Below are positions 32,838-44,273 of a DNA stretch of 64,000 nucleotides, piece by piece. Positions within the stretch are counted from its first letter, which is position 1, and each line of letters opens with the position of its first letter. The translations under genes and the position numbers were made by a program. Source of the stretch: an uncultured Nitrososphaerales archaeon (GTDB lineage Archaea; Thermoproteota; Nitrososphaeria; Nitrososphaerales; Nitrososphaeraceae). The notes under the pieces were generated by a model. The model was not told where the DNA came from and did no database searches. It saw only the letters and a list, made by a program, of their open reading frames with translations. Where the stretch lies: the NCBI GenBank assembly GCA_963713605.1, contig CAVQMO010000001.1, positions 768,001 to 832,000 on the forward strand, read 5' to 3'.

Positions 32838-34955
32838 TTAGGTAGATCGCACAAGTTGCCATTTTGCAAGGCTTCCCGCAGCCGTAGACCAAGTTGAAAC
32901 AAAGTCGTACACTGGTATATTTTTAGTCTCTATCTCTGCAGCTATTTTTCGAGTAAATGGACCCCCCATCGCCCCTACCAGAATGGGTTTCTTCTTCAAC
33001 TTCTGAAACCCTGCGAGGACATCTACAATTGTCTCCTCTAGAGGGTCGTCTTGGAACACGAACCACGGCATTATGATATCTACATTCGGGTCGTCCATAA
33101 AGGCCTGAATAGCGAACTTGTAGTCATCCGCGTTAGCAGAGCCAGTTACGTCTAACGGGTTTCCTAGTACATAAGTTGCAGGGTAATGTTGCTTAAACGA
33201 ATTCATAGTTTCCTCAGAGAGAGTGGCTAGCTTTAATCCAAGATCTTCAAAACGGTCTATAGCCGCTATAATTGGCCCGGCTCCATTTGTAACCATGGCA
33301 ACCCTGTTCCCGGTGGGAACAGGCTGCCACGCCAAAGCCTTAAGTGATCCAGTAAGCTCCTCGTAACTATCGACGGATACTATGCCAGATTGTTGGAATG
33401 CTCCTTTGACGACTCCAAAGGAACCTCCCAATGAACCGGTGTGGGATGCGGCCTGAACTGCTCCTCTTGTAGACCGGCCATTCTTGAAGACCACTACGGG
33501 CTTTTTGTGTTCAGAAATCACCCTTTTTGCAGTAGTTACAAATTTTCTGCCGTCTCCTAATCCTTCGACGTACAAACCAATTACATCCGTATTGGGATCT
33601 TGGGCTAGGTACCATATCATATCTGCTTCGTCAACATCCGATCGGTTACCGTAAGAAATCATCTTGCTTGTTCCGAAGGTATCTGATGTCTCCATAAAAG
33701 CTATCCCAACTGTCCCACTCTGAGACAAGAAGGACACCTTCCCATTTTTGGGACGAACCATTCTTGCGTGACCCTGGAAGGCACAGTCTAAACGATTTTC
33801 GCCGTTGAACACTCCTATGCAGTTAGGGCCTATGATCCTTATACCAAGGTCCTGAGAAAGTTGCTTTATTTCTTGTTCTATCTCGGCCCTTTCTCCTCCA
33901 AGTTCTTTACCACCTCCTGAGATAATGACCATGTTGTGAATTCCCTTCATTCCGCAGGTCTTAAGCAACGCTGGAACAAACTTAAGATCAACCGTAACTA
34001 TAACGAGGTCAACCGATTCTTGGATCTCATCCAGGCCCTTGTATGCCTTTAAGCCCATTATTTCAGGATACCCTTTCGCGTTTACTGGAAAAATCTTGCC
34101 TCTGTACTCGTGTTTAGAAAGACTCTCGAGAACCGAATTTCCAATTTTCCCTTTCTCAGGAGACGCTCCAATCAAAGCGATTGATTTCGCATTAAAGAAA
34201 ACATCCATGTAGTTGGAATTGGGCTGAGCGTTTGAAATAACACTGGTATTCGGTTTGTCTTTAAGTAGAATTTTCGCATCAACTATATAGTAATTGTCTG
34301 GATATACGGTCATTGGGTTGAAATCTACGCTTTCAAAGAAGGGGGCTATGTCGACTCCTAAGTTCCCAATCTTTACCAAAGCCTCTGCCACCATCTCCAG
34401 GTCGACTGGTCGACTGCCTCTAAAGCCATGTAGAATTTGCTTTCCTTTTAGTCCCTCCAACATCTCCAGCGCATCCTGTTTGCCAATCGGCAGGACCCTA
34501 AAACTTACATCCTTAAATAACTCTGTATACACGCCACCTAGTCCACACATTATTACTGGCCCAAATTGAGGGTCGTTTTGTAAACCCACTATTAATTCCA
34601 CACCTGGAGGCACCATCTTTTCAAGTAAGATCCCTCGTATCTCAAAGTCCTTCCTTAGTCTGTCGTACATGTCATTGAATGCATTCACTACTTCGCCCTC
34701 CGAAGCAAGACCTGTTTTTACGCCTTGGACTTCCGTCTTGTGTAGTATCGAAGGGGAGACGACCTTTGCGACCAGCGGGAACCCAATGGTCGCACTTTCC
34801 TTGGCTGCCTGCTGGGAGCTGTTTACTATAACATAAGGGGGAACTTGAAGCCCGTACGCGGATAGGATCTGCTTTGCAAGATCCTCTGTGACTACTTTAT
34901 GCGGACCGGCTATTACCTCTGAAATAACACTTTGAACATCTTTCTTATCGTTCAT
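32838..34955 (-). CDS. 3-hydroxypropionyl-CoA synthetase (ADP-forming), HP/HB carbon-fixation cycle
   Basis: 705 aa with ATP-grasp domain first, then CoA-binding domain; SGGGKELGGERA, RLDCAFQG, ASHTG, MPWFVFQDDPLEETIVD as recalled for the Nitrosopumilus enzyme (Nmar_1309). Confidence 0.88.
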   Translation of the reverse strand: MNDKKDVQSVISEVIAGPHKVVTEDLAKQILSAYGLQVPPYVIVNSSQQAAKESATIGFPLVAKVVSPSILHKTEVQGVKTGLASEGEVVNAFNDMYDRLRKDFEIRGILLEKMVPPGVELIVGLQNDPQFGPVIMCGLGGVYTELFKDVSFRVLPIGKQDALEMLEGLKGKQILHGFRGSRPVDLEMVAEALVKIGNLGVDIAPFFESVDFNPMTVYPDNYYIVDAKILLKDKPNTSVISNAQPNSNYMDVFFNAKSIALIGASPEKGKIGNSVLESLSKHEYRGKIFPVNAKGYPEIMGLKAYKGLDEIQESVDLVIVTVDLKFVPALLKTCGMKGIHNMVIISGGGKELGGERAEIEQEIKQLSQDLGIRIIGPNCIGVFNGENRLDCAFQGHARMVRPKNGKVSFLSQSGTVGIAFMETSDTFGTSKMISYGNRSDVDEADMIWYLAQDPNTDVIGLYVEGLGDGRKFVTTAKRVISEHKKPVVVFKNGRSTRGAVQAASHTGSLGGSFGVVKGAFQQSGIVSVDSYEELTGSLKALAWQPVPTGNRVAMVTNGAGPIIAAIDRFEDLGLKLATLSEETMNSFKQHYPATYVLGNPLDVTGSANADDYKFAIQAFMDDPNVDIIMPWFVFQDDPLEETIVDVLAGFQKLKKKPILVGAMGGPFTRKIAAEIETKNIPVYDFVSTWSTAAGSLAKWQLVRST

Positions 34956-35143
34956 GGGTTAAAATAAAAAACTTTGTGGCTTCTAATTAACTTTACTTGG
35001 ACAAGCATGAAGAGATTGAACATATCGGTAAACATAATCACTACCAAATGAATCATGCAAATTAATATTAAATTCCAAGAGGATTCATGATTCTTTTCGC
35101 TAGAATAATGTGAAAGATTACGTTATTGCAGCTGTACTAAGGG

Positions 35144-35860
35144 TTACTTTATTGCAGCTACAATTACTGCTCCTCCTAACATATACTTCCTAAACTGGAC
35201 CTCTGAAAACTCTTTTTCTAGCATCTTCTTAAGTTCTGAATTCTTTGGCCATCGTTTATAAGTTCCATATAATGCCCTAAAGCCTAGTCCCTTACTGCCG
35301 GCTACCGCGAATGCAAGAAAACCTAACACATATCTCAGATACATACTAACTAGAGCATCCAAAAAGACCTGATCCGGCTTACCAAGATCTACAATCAACA
35401 ATCTTCCGTTAGGCTTCAGAATGCGGTGAAATTCTCCTATAGCATCTCTAAGATGAATAGCATCCCTTAATGAATATCCACATAATACCGCATCAAAAAT
35501 ATTGCTTCTGAAGGGCAAATATTCAAAAATGCCTGAAGATAATTCAATACTCAAATCAGTTGTGTCGTCAAGAGATCTTCCAGTTCGAAGCATTTCGATA
35601 ATTGGGTCATACAGAATTACTTCCAAATTATCATGCATTTCAATTCTGGCCAACTTAGACATATTACCAAAACCAGAACCCGCATCCAATATTCTATCTC
35701 CAAATTTTAGTTGTTTGTTCAAACACATTCTCCTATAGTCGGCATCCTTGCCAAGTGAAATCACTCTATTTACTCTGTTGTAGATAGGAATAATGCCTCT
35801 TAGCGTCGAGATAATTTCTGGCCAGTATGTTTTGCCCAGACCGGACATGGTAACCTCCAA
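35144..35860 (-). CDS. UbiE/MenG-family SAM-dependent methyltransferase
   Basis: YNRVNRVISLG, LDAGSGFG, RILKPNG. Confidence 0.85.
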   Translation of the reverse strand: MEVTMSGLGKTYWPEIISTLRGIIPIYNRVNRVISLGKDADYRRMCLNKQLKFGDRILDAGSGFGNMSKLARIEMHDNLEVILYDPIIEMLRTGRSLDDTTDLSIELSSGIFEYLPFRSNIFDAVLCGYSLRDAIHLRDAIGEFHRILKPNGRLLIVDLGKPDQVFLDALVSMYLRYVLGFLAFAVAGSKGLGFRALYGTYKRWPKNSELKKMLEKEFSEVQFRKYMLGGAVIVAAIK

Positions 35861-36000
35861 TCAGGGTATGAAGAATATTATCTTTCTTAGAAACTGACGT
35901 GGTACGATTGGAGACAATTCCCATGTTTAACTATTCATAGTAAACAGTTTTAGCTTTCAGAACGACAAACCGACCGCAGTTCTCCAGCTGAATCCACCAA

Positions 36001-36673
36001 ATGTTGATTAATGACGTGTCAGAATATAGATCTGTGTCAGTTACTACTAACGAATATGTCTGTGGAGATTGTGGATCTCTATTACTTCATGAGAACCCAA
36101 ATACGCTTCAGAGCATGATAGATGTGCACAATCAGTTGTGCCCAGTGAAAAGGCAAAAAACTTTGTCAGGTCTAATGGTATCATCAAAGCCCTCTCCTCC
36201 CTCCAAGGTTACAGTACAGCAACCAGCCTCTCCTTCCATTGCCGCTCCCCAACCGCAAGTAACCCAAACCCCAGAAACTAACGCTCCCGCGGTCGGGAGG
36301 CGGTGCCACAACTGTATCTTTAACAGGTAGCGGAACAAATTACTCTAAAGTCGAAGGTCCAATTGACCCTGATTTTAAATCAAAGCGTAGTGTTGTTGGC
36401 ACATTCCAAGACATAAAGGTCTGGGGTGAAGTGGATCCTCCTGGACGATTGGGTATCTGGGGTTCAGAAGTTACAGTAGATTTTGATATCTGTGTAGCAG
36501 ATGGAGCTTGTATTGAAGCATGTCCTGTAAATGTTTATGAATGGCTTGATACTCCAGGACATCCTGCCTCTGAAAAGAAACCATTTATGATAAGAGAAAA
36601 GGATTGTATATTCTGTATGGCATGCGAAAATGTCTGTCCTCCTCAGTGTGTAAAGATCTTCAATAAGGCTTAG
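36001..36673 (+). CDS. Dicluster ferredoxin (Zfx-like) with N-terminal Zn-finger and Pro-rich linker (frameshift near 36296)
   Basis: [12 protein letters not shown] and [12 protein letters not shown]; joined frame reads ...[29 protein letters not shown]. Confidence 0.85.
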
Positions 36674-36779
36674 AGATAATAATCAGATAATCGAAGTCGT
36701 TGACCGCTGCCTACTATTACTTGGAGACGAGTTCAAAAATCTTAAACTCGTCAATCTAGTGAAGTTTCTGATCGTCGAA

Positions 36780-37269
36780 ATGCCAGCAGAACAATTTGAT
36801 CTAGTAGCCACAGGAGGCACATTCGATGAAATCCATGCCGGGCATCGGGAATTGCTAACTATGGCGTTCAGTTTGGGAAAATCAGTGCTGATAGGGGTCT
36901 CAAGTGACAATTTTGTGGCAGCAAAGAAAGGCAAAAATAGAATAATTCACAGGTTCGAAACTAGAGTAGATACGATTAATTCAATTCATTAATGATGAGT
37001 TTGGAAATGTCAATTTCGAGATTAAAGAGTTAAATGACGATTTTGGACCTACAAGCACGGACAGAAATCTCCAAGCTCTTGTTGTCAGCGAAGAAACTGA
37101 ACAGAAGGGGCATGAAATTAATAGGATTCGGTCAAAGAAAGGATTTGCCCCTTTGGTAATCGTCACTGTCGCAATGTTAAAGGCAGAAGACGGTCGACCA
37201 CTCTCATCATCTCGAATTCGCTATGGAGAAATTGATAGGTACGGGAGAGTCTTAAGGAAGTGGAGTTGA
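36780..37269 (+). CDS. coaD: Phosphopantetheine adenylyltransferase (frameshift near 36980)
   Basis: GGTFDEIHAGH; second frame gives DDFGP, ALVVSEET, AEDGRPLSSSRIRYGEID. Confidence 0.9.
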
Positions 37270-37450
37270 TAAGAGGAATATTCGATCTTACAACCGAAAC
37301 TTTTTCAGTCACCGCTAAATCTATGTATTAGATACTGATTTACTTGACTAGGAAGGTGTCAGTTTTGGGGATTAGAGTGGCCACCCAGCCATGCTAACGG
37401 GATGAGTTGGAGGGAGACTACAATTAAGGGCAGACATTTAAAATGAATAT

Positions 37451-37762
37451 TTATCCTATATCTATCTGGACGGTATTTCTATGTGTACGAATGGACAGGG
37501 GCTTTCTCCCCTCAAATAGCATCATATAGACAGTCTTTTGAAGCCTTACAGCGGATTCTTTGTCCGACATCATTATGCTATGCGAACTATCATCATCTAA
37601 AACTACTATCAGTTCCCTCTCGCCGACGGTAGATACATGTTTGAGGTTATGCTGTTCTCTATTTGGGGATAATATCCACATCAGTTTCTCAGCCTCGTAC
37701 TCGTCCTCACAAACGATATCTTGTGTGTTCCTGGTAGAGCTATTCAAAGGGATTTTCCTCAT
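37451..37762 (-). CDS. Hypothetical protein downstream of trpS
   Basis: About 103-aa ORF from ATG overlapping the trpS 3' end. Confidence 0.6.
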   Translation of the reverse strand: MRKIPLNSSTRNTQDIVCEDEYEAEKLMWILSPNREQHNLKHVSTVGERELIVVLDDDSSHSIMMSDKESAVRLQKTVYMMLFEGRKPLSIRTHRNTVQIDIG

Positions 37763-38922
37763 AAAGAAACGAATCGATTTGATTCCTTGCTTGGTCTCTT
37801 CGCCTAGTAAACTCTGACATAAACAACTTTGTCTGAGTTGTAAGATCAGATTTACATTCCCCACATAATAGATTACCTGTTCTACATTTCAGAGATCGTT
37901 CAAAGGAATCCTTTCCGTCGTCAAAGAAATGGCTTAAGTACCAAAATACTGGACATGCATCTGGATCTCCTCCCAGTATCCTTTGGAGTCTAACCGACGG
38001 TTGCCCTCCAGTGTACGCGCCTGAAATCTTGCTTTCAATTGTTTCTGGGTCGTCGGTTGTAAAAATAGCACCGGTTGGGTTTGAAGATGACATCTTGCCA
38101 TTCATTTCAAGACTTGGTACAAACTTGCTGTGAATTTGTGCCGGTTTATGGTATCCCATCTTCTCTGCGATGTCTCTTGTAATCCTCCAGTAAGGGTCTT
38201 GATCAATTGGAGCAGGGATTAACACACGCGTGGGTTTCTTTTCGATCAACGACGGCAAAAAACAAGGGGCAGCCTGAATAGCGGGAAACCCTATCATCCC
38301 AATATTAGACGAAGGTTTATACCCAAATACGGCTTTTGCAGTAGAAAAGGTTATCTTTTTTGCGATCTCTAGATAGAGAGGATATAAAGTTTGTATGTTT
38401 CTTGTATTCACTATAATTCGAGTCAGCTTGGGGTCGAATCCAGTTGCTATGACATCGAGGATATTGTCGTACGCGTACTTCTCTACTTCTTGTAAGCTGA
38501 AGGTGTTGACTATAGAGGAATTTTTCGTCATCGGTAATCTGAAATAACAGCCTGGATCGAAATGTGTCTTGTAGATACTTCGTGAAAAACCAAGGCATTA
38601 AGTGACCCATATGAACATGGCCAGAAGGCCCTCTGCCGGTATAGAGGTAAAAATTTTCACCATTTCTATATGCGTCTAATACTACGTCAAAATCCCTGTG
38701 GGAAAAAAAGAAGCCACGTGCTAAGAGAGGATGAATGCTTCCGGAAAACATCTGCAATTTCTCGATAATTTCAGGAGTGATTAACCGGGTGCCGAAATCT
38801 TGGACAATCTTATTGTAGTCAACAACTCCATCGACTTGCCAAGGCGTAACGCTATACCCTCCTTCCAAATTACCAGCTTCATTACCTCCTGATTCTTCGA
38901 TTTCCTCGTCTCGTTCACCCAT
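37740..38922 (-). CDS. trpS: Tryptophanyl-tRNA synthetase (frameshift near 38500)
   Basis: VTPW, YTGRGPSGHVHMGH, DDEK, DQDPY, KMSSS. Confidence 0.95.
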
Positions 38923-38997
38923 ATTGAATTATTTCACGACCATAAGCTGATTAAACGTTTAAAAAGTGTTCTTCGCTGAGAAGAATAAAAACACATT

Positions 38998-40510
38998 ATG
39001 ACTTATAAAGTAACTGCATTACATCCTATCGAGAAAAAGATTCTCCAACTATTGGTTAAGAATGGCTCCCTCACAGTTGATGCCTTGTCAGAAAAAGTGC
39101 GGCTTGACCGTCGACCAGGTGAGGAGAGGAGTGGAACGGCTAAAATACAAGAAACTCATTCTGATCACTCAGGATTTATCTGTCCTCTATGAATTGGATG
39201 ACCGGGGCAAATCTGCTTTAGTCAAAGGATTACCTGAGAGGAGGCTGGTTAGTGCCATTCAGTTAGAACCCGATAAAGGGATTGCAATGCTCGCAAAAAC
39301 ACAGGTTTTTGAGAAGGATGAGCTGAGTGCGGCTATCCGGATTGCGAGAGATCAAAACCATTGGTTGCTTCAAGTTTCTGGCGATAAAAACAAAGGTAAT
39401 CTGAGAATTAGCCAGTCAGTATCAGAAACTTCGTCAGAAGAGCAAGTTATAGAGCGATTCAGAAGTGTCCAGCGTGTCTCTGAAAATGGATTAAATGACT
39501 TTGAAAAGAAGGGTGTTGAGCTTCTCTTAAGGAGACCAAATTATCTAAAAAAGATTCAGCAACAAACTGTTACTGCCTCGTTAACAGAGATTGGGAGGTC
39601 GGTGGCTGCAGAGATAACTGTACCCACATCCCCTCAGACAGAATTCGTTAGTTCAAAGGCTAGAGCAGGAGGTAGACCAGAAAGTTTTGCATTAGACCTT
39701 CAAGCTGCAGTTAAAGCAGCGGTGCCAGGGAAAACGCATCCATTAACGGATTTAATTGCAGAAATTAGAGATATTTTCGTGAGCATGGGCTTCGCAGAGA
39801 TAGAAGGTGACATCATCCAGACTTCCTTTTGGAACTTTGATGCATTGTTTACACTTCAGGATCATCCCGCTAGAGAAATGCATGATACATACTATCTCTC
39901 TGGGCACAGGAGGGTAGAGGAAATAGCAAGCAAGGAGCAGATCGCAAATGTTTCTAAAATACATAACAAGAATTCAATTAATGCTTGGGATATTCGGGAG
40001 TCTAACCGTCTAGTTCTACGTACTCATACGACTCCAATCACACTGAAGTATCTGGCAGACAACCAACCTAACGAGGCAAAGCTCTTCTCTGTGGGGACTG
40101 TGTTTCGAAATGAAAAAGTAACAAAAGGTCACCTCTCCGAATTTTTTCAAATTGAAGGCATAGTTACCAAACCGGACGCCTCCGTCAGGGATCTAATGGG
40201 ATTACAAACGGAATTCTACCACAAATTAGGAATACAAAAAGTAAAGTTTTGGCCTACATTTTTTCCGTACACTGAACCATCGTTACAATCGATGGTATAT
40301 ATCGAAAGTGTCAACAAATGGTTGGAACTCTTTGGGATGGGAATATTTAGGGATGAGGTTACCCTTCCCATGAAAATCAAGAATCCAGTTCTGGCTTGGG
40401 GAGGCGGGCTCGAGCGGTTGGCAATGGTACGATTTGGCATAGATGATATAAGAACACTTTACAGCAACAAGATCGAGTGGTTAAGGAGTGTTCCCAAATG
40501 CCAGTTGTAG
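38998..40510 (+). CDS. pheS: Phenylalanyl-tRNA synthetase alpha subunit (frameshift near 39090)
   Basis: WNFDALF..QDHPAR, LRTHTT, FPYTEPS, AWGGGLER. Confidence 0.95.
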
Positions 40511-42171
40511 AAGTACCACTAACTATCCTTACAAAGTCATTCCCCAACAACTCCATTGAAGATATCATCGCCTCCCTACCCTTCATAGGCCTCGATATAG
40601 AAGGTAGAAATGATAAGCTTATTAGATTAGAATATAACCCGAATCGGCCAGACTTTTCATCCTATATCGGAATAGTGCGTGCACTTAAGGGGTATCTTGG
40701 ATTAGAAACTGGACTTCCCAAATATAGAATAAATAATGATAAGAGGTTTCAGATCGAGATAAGTGGTTCTGTAAGATCAATCAGACCCTATATTAGGGCC
40801 TTAGTGGCAAAGAATATAGAATTAGATAGGGACCTTATCAAGATGCTAATAGGTATGCAAGAAGATTTGCATATGGGATTATGTAACAGGAGAAAGTCTG
40901 CATCAATAGGTCTACATAATCTCGAAAAGATTCGGTTTCCACTCTATTACTCGGCGGCTAGTTCCGAAATTTCATTCGTGCCTCTAGATTCCAGTCAAGC
41001 CCTTTCGCTCAATGAGATCTTGAGCTCAACGGATGTTGGTAAGAAGTATTCGTATTTGCTTGAAAAGAAAAGTGAGTTTCCTATTTTGCTGGATACCGAA
41101 AAGCAAGTTGTATCATTTCCGCCCATAGTGAATTCCAAGAATACCAGATTAGACCACCGATCGAAGGGAATATTTGTTGAGGTCACTGCAATCGACCCGA
41201 AAATAGCAGATCTTGTCTCAGCTATATACGCTGCAACATTGTACGATATGAACTTCCAGGTTTATCACGTTACATTGAATGAAACAAATGGTTCCTCAAT
41301 CAAATCGCCTGATATGAGTCCCTCGTCAGTATCAGCCAGCTTTATGGAAATTAATAGATCACTAGGAACCAAGTTTCCTCGAGGGGAGATCGTTAGAGCT
41401 GCAGCTCGTAGCCGGTTAGGCGCCAGAGATTCGGCACATGGTAAGCTCACATGTACTGTACCTAGGTACAGAAATGATGTTAGGCAAGTTAGAGACTTGA
41501 TTGAGGAGGTGATGATCGGGGTTGGAATATCTAAACTTTCCCCGACGTTACCACTGATTAATGTAACTGGAAGTAGGAACACAAACTCGGTTCTTATCGA
41601 TAAGATCAAAGAGGTATTGGTTGGGCTTGGGCTATTGGAGACCAGAAACTTTGTTATAGTTTCGAGGTTTCTGCAGTTTGATTCCATGGGTCTGAAGCCC
41701 GAAGAATCGTCAATTTTTAAGATTGAAAATTCTCTGGTTTCCGGACATGACATATTGCGCAATTCTCTACTTCCGTCGCTTGTCGATACCATTGGACACA
41801 ATATCCATAGCTCATATCCTCAGAATATCTTTGAGATTGGCATGGTATTTAAAAAAGGAGAACCTGAAACGGAAAAATGGCACCTTTGTGTAGCTCTTGC
41901 TTCTAATAGAGCTGACTACACTAGTATCAAATCGCTTTTGCAGGCTTTTCTGAAAGTCACTTTTGGTAAAGACGTTGCGACAAGACCGAACTCTTACAGC
42001 GAGGAATACGCCAATGGTCGTTCCGCGAATATTATAGTGGAAGGAAGCGAAGTGGGTAAAATAGGTGAAATTAGTGATTTCGTCAGGCAAAATCATAGGA
42101 TACGTGTGCCTGTGGCTGCCTATGAAATAGACCTTTCTCATTTTTTCAACTCATTTCGAAGATCAGTGTGA
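40498..42171 (+). CDS. pheT: Phenylalanyl-tRNA synthetase beta subunit
   Basis: NPNRPD, QEDLH, SFPPI, LRNSLLPSL, IFEIG. Confidence 0.95.
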   Translation: MPVVEVPLTILTKSFPNNSIEDIIASLPFIGLDIEGRNDKLIRLEYNPNRPDFSSYIGIVRALKGYLGLETGLPKYRINNDKRFQIEISGSVRSIRPYIRALVAKNIELDRDLIKMLIGMQEDLHMGLCNRRKSASIGLHNLEKIRFPLYYSAASSEISFVPLDSSQALSLNEILSSTDVGKKYSYLLEKKSEFPILLDTEKQVVSFPPIVNSKNTRLDHRSKGIFVEVTAIDPKIADLVSAIYAATLYDMNFQVYHVTLNETNGSSIKSPDMSPSSVSASFMEINRSLGTKFPRGEIVRAAARSRLGARDSAHGKLTCTVPRYRNDVRQVRDLIEEVMIGVGISKLSPTLPLINVTGSRNTNSVLIDKIKEVLVGLGLLETRNFVIVSRFLQFDSMGLKPEESSIFKIENSLVSGHDILRNSLLPSLVDTIGHNIHSSYPQNIFEIGMVFKKGEPETEKWHLCVALASNRADYTSIKSLLQAFLKVTFGKDVATRPNSYSEEYANGRSANIIVEGSEVGKIGEISDFVRQNHRIRVPVAAYEIDLSHFFNSFRRSV

Positions 42172-42694
42172 AATGTCCGTTATCTATGTGAACTACGAGC
42201 GTGATTAAGTGAGTATTTTTAGCGAAGTCATCATCGACGATTTCAATATCGTTGTAAATTTGAGCCTCAAGGGCTCCATCTACGCAGGTTGTAGTCGACT
42301 AGTTTTTATATTTGCGTGCACAATTACTGGAATTTTCAACCAGCTTTGTTAAATGCTTCTATGGTCTGACATAAATGAGAACTGGTATCGTACCCATTTG
42401 TTTCATCGTGCGGTCTTTCCAGAATACCAAAATCATGAGTACCTGTCTTTATAAGTAACGCTACATGTCAGCATAGGCCATTTAGTAAGGACTTTTGAAA
42501 TATTTTCTTGTTCAACATGGACCCATCGCTCAGACCGTAGTAGTATTATTCAAATATATACGTCTACAATCTCCCTTGTTATCCCCGTTAGAGAGTACGC
42601 TAGGAGGGAATACACATGAGTGTAACAGGCTACCAATGAATAGTAGTGGGTCAGAGGCGGGGGACATTTTATCAACATTTCGATTCACCTAAAA

Positions 42695-42868
42695 TCACCT
42701 AAAATCATCTATCACATTTTTTATAATAGACTTTGCTTCAGAAGAAATATCATAATCGGCTAGCACTTTGGTTGGTTCTGTAAGCAAGAGTCTTCTGAAA
42801 TTTGGTTCGCTAGCTGCCCTAAGAAGTATTTCGCCCACAATTTTAACATCCCCGTTTCTGATTCCCAA
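42695..42868 (-). CDS. Small NHLP-clan (nitrile-hydratase-leader-like / Os1348-like) protein, candidate RiPP precursor or leader
   Basis: Manual translation from TTG 42868: MGIRNGDVKIVGEILLRAASEPNFRRLLLTEPTKVLADYDISSEAKSIIKNVIDDFR*; matches the RAxxDxxFRxxLxxDPxxxLxxYxL pattern; divergent from ycaO. Confidence 0.7.
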   Translation of the reverse strand: MGIRNGDVKIVGEILLRAASEPNFRRLLLTEPTKVLADYDISSEAKSIIKNVIDDFR

Positions 42869-42966
42869 TCAGAATCATGCTATATATGGAATCTTAATTT
42901 GTGCCTTTCTACCTATAGTACACCACAAGAACATTATTATTCTGAAAATTTGATTCCGATTATGTA

Positions 42967-44273
42967 TTGCGACTAGTAGACCGCTTTAAATGGTCCGATA
43001 ATGGCACAAGTAGAATTCAACCTCCAGAAAAGACTCTTCTCACAGTGGAGGGGATCACAGGAAAGATTGGGGTGACTCGAATTGGCAACATTACTCATCT
43101 GGACAGACTTGGTATTCCTAATTATTCAGTTGTTCTGCCCGGTACCGAGGATTACATTTGGGTCTATAGCGGAAAGGGTTTCACCATGAAGCAAGCCAGG
43201 ACAAGCGGCCTTATGGAAGCTATAGAACGATACTCTTCTTTGCCTGGCAGCTATGAGCGTCAGTTAATCAGAGGTTCATATTTTGAACTATCAAAAAGAT
43301 ATAATATACTTAGTTCAGACGATGTTTGCGAACCACTCTCTGTTCCATATAGGGATGATATGATAATGGATTACATTGAAGGCTTAGACCTGGTTTCATA
43401 TGAACAAATTCTGGTACCTGCCGCCTTGGCTTTGTTTAGGTACACTCAGCACGGTAAGGCTGTCAATCCGTTCTCTTTCTCTCACACGAACGGACTCGCA
43501 TCAGGAAATGTCTTGGAGGAGGCAATCTGTCATGCCTTATGCGAAGTTATTGAGCGAGATGCATCAAGTCTAGCCGAATTACGTTCGAGTGCCTTTCCAT
43601 TTCATCTATTAAAGATCCTGACAAACAAGTTTAAGGAGAGCGGGTACGCAATTAATGAAATTGCTTCCGATGCTATGGTTGATGAACCAAACTTGTTTCC
43701 TATGCTCGATTTAGAAGGTAATATCTTCCATCCGGCAAGAAATTTAGTGGATAGATTTAAGGCCGCAAATATTTCCTTGATAATCAAGGAGATTACAAGT
43801 GACGTGGGAATATCAACATTCAACGCTGCAAGCGTTGAATGGCTGACTCAAAATTACGGTTATCTTGCTGAAGGAACGGGCACACACCCAGACGCTAGGA
43901 TTGCGCTTGTCAGGGCAATTACCGAACTTGCTCAGACTCGAGCGGCCAACATCCAAGGTGCTCGAGACGATCTTCGCAAAATTAATTACGTGGGTGAAAA
44001 TTCAGAGGACAAGAGGTCGTGGCAATTTTTGAATTCAGATCGAAAGGTTCGTCTCTCAGGGGTCAGAGCTACTACAATCAAAACATACTAGATGATATAA
44101 GGTTGATCCTCAACCAGCTTAGAGCCGTGGGACTAAAGAGAGCTATTGTGGTGGATCTAACGGTACCGTGGATAGGAATTCCTGTCGTAAGGGCCATCGT
44201 ACCAGGTTTGGAAACATTCAAGTTCACAAAATCTGTAGTAGGTCAAAGGGCAAGGAATTATTTCAAGGCATGA
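42967..44273 (+). CDS. ycaO: YcaO-family ATP-dependent amide-activating enzyme, TfuA-associated (frameshift near 44068)
   Basis: ITHLDRLGIP, SGKG, SGLMEAIER, TNGLASGN..EE..HALCEVIERD, RAITELAQTR, IQGARDD, PVVRAIVPGLE. Confidence 0.93.

Noticed and set aside
42495..42953. Plus-strand ORFs 42495..42692 and 42768..42953 as precursor peptides
   Set aside because: No leader or core features; the second is antisense to the more convincing NHLP-like ORF.
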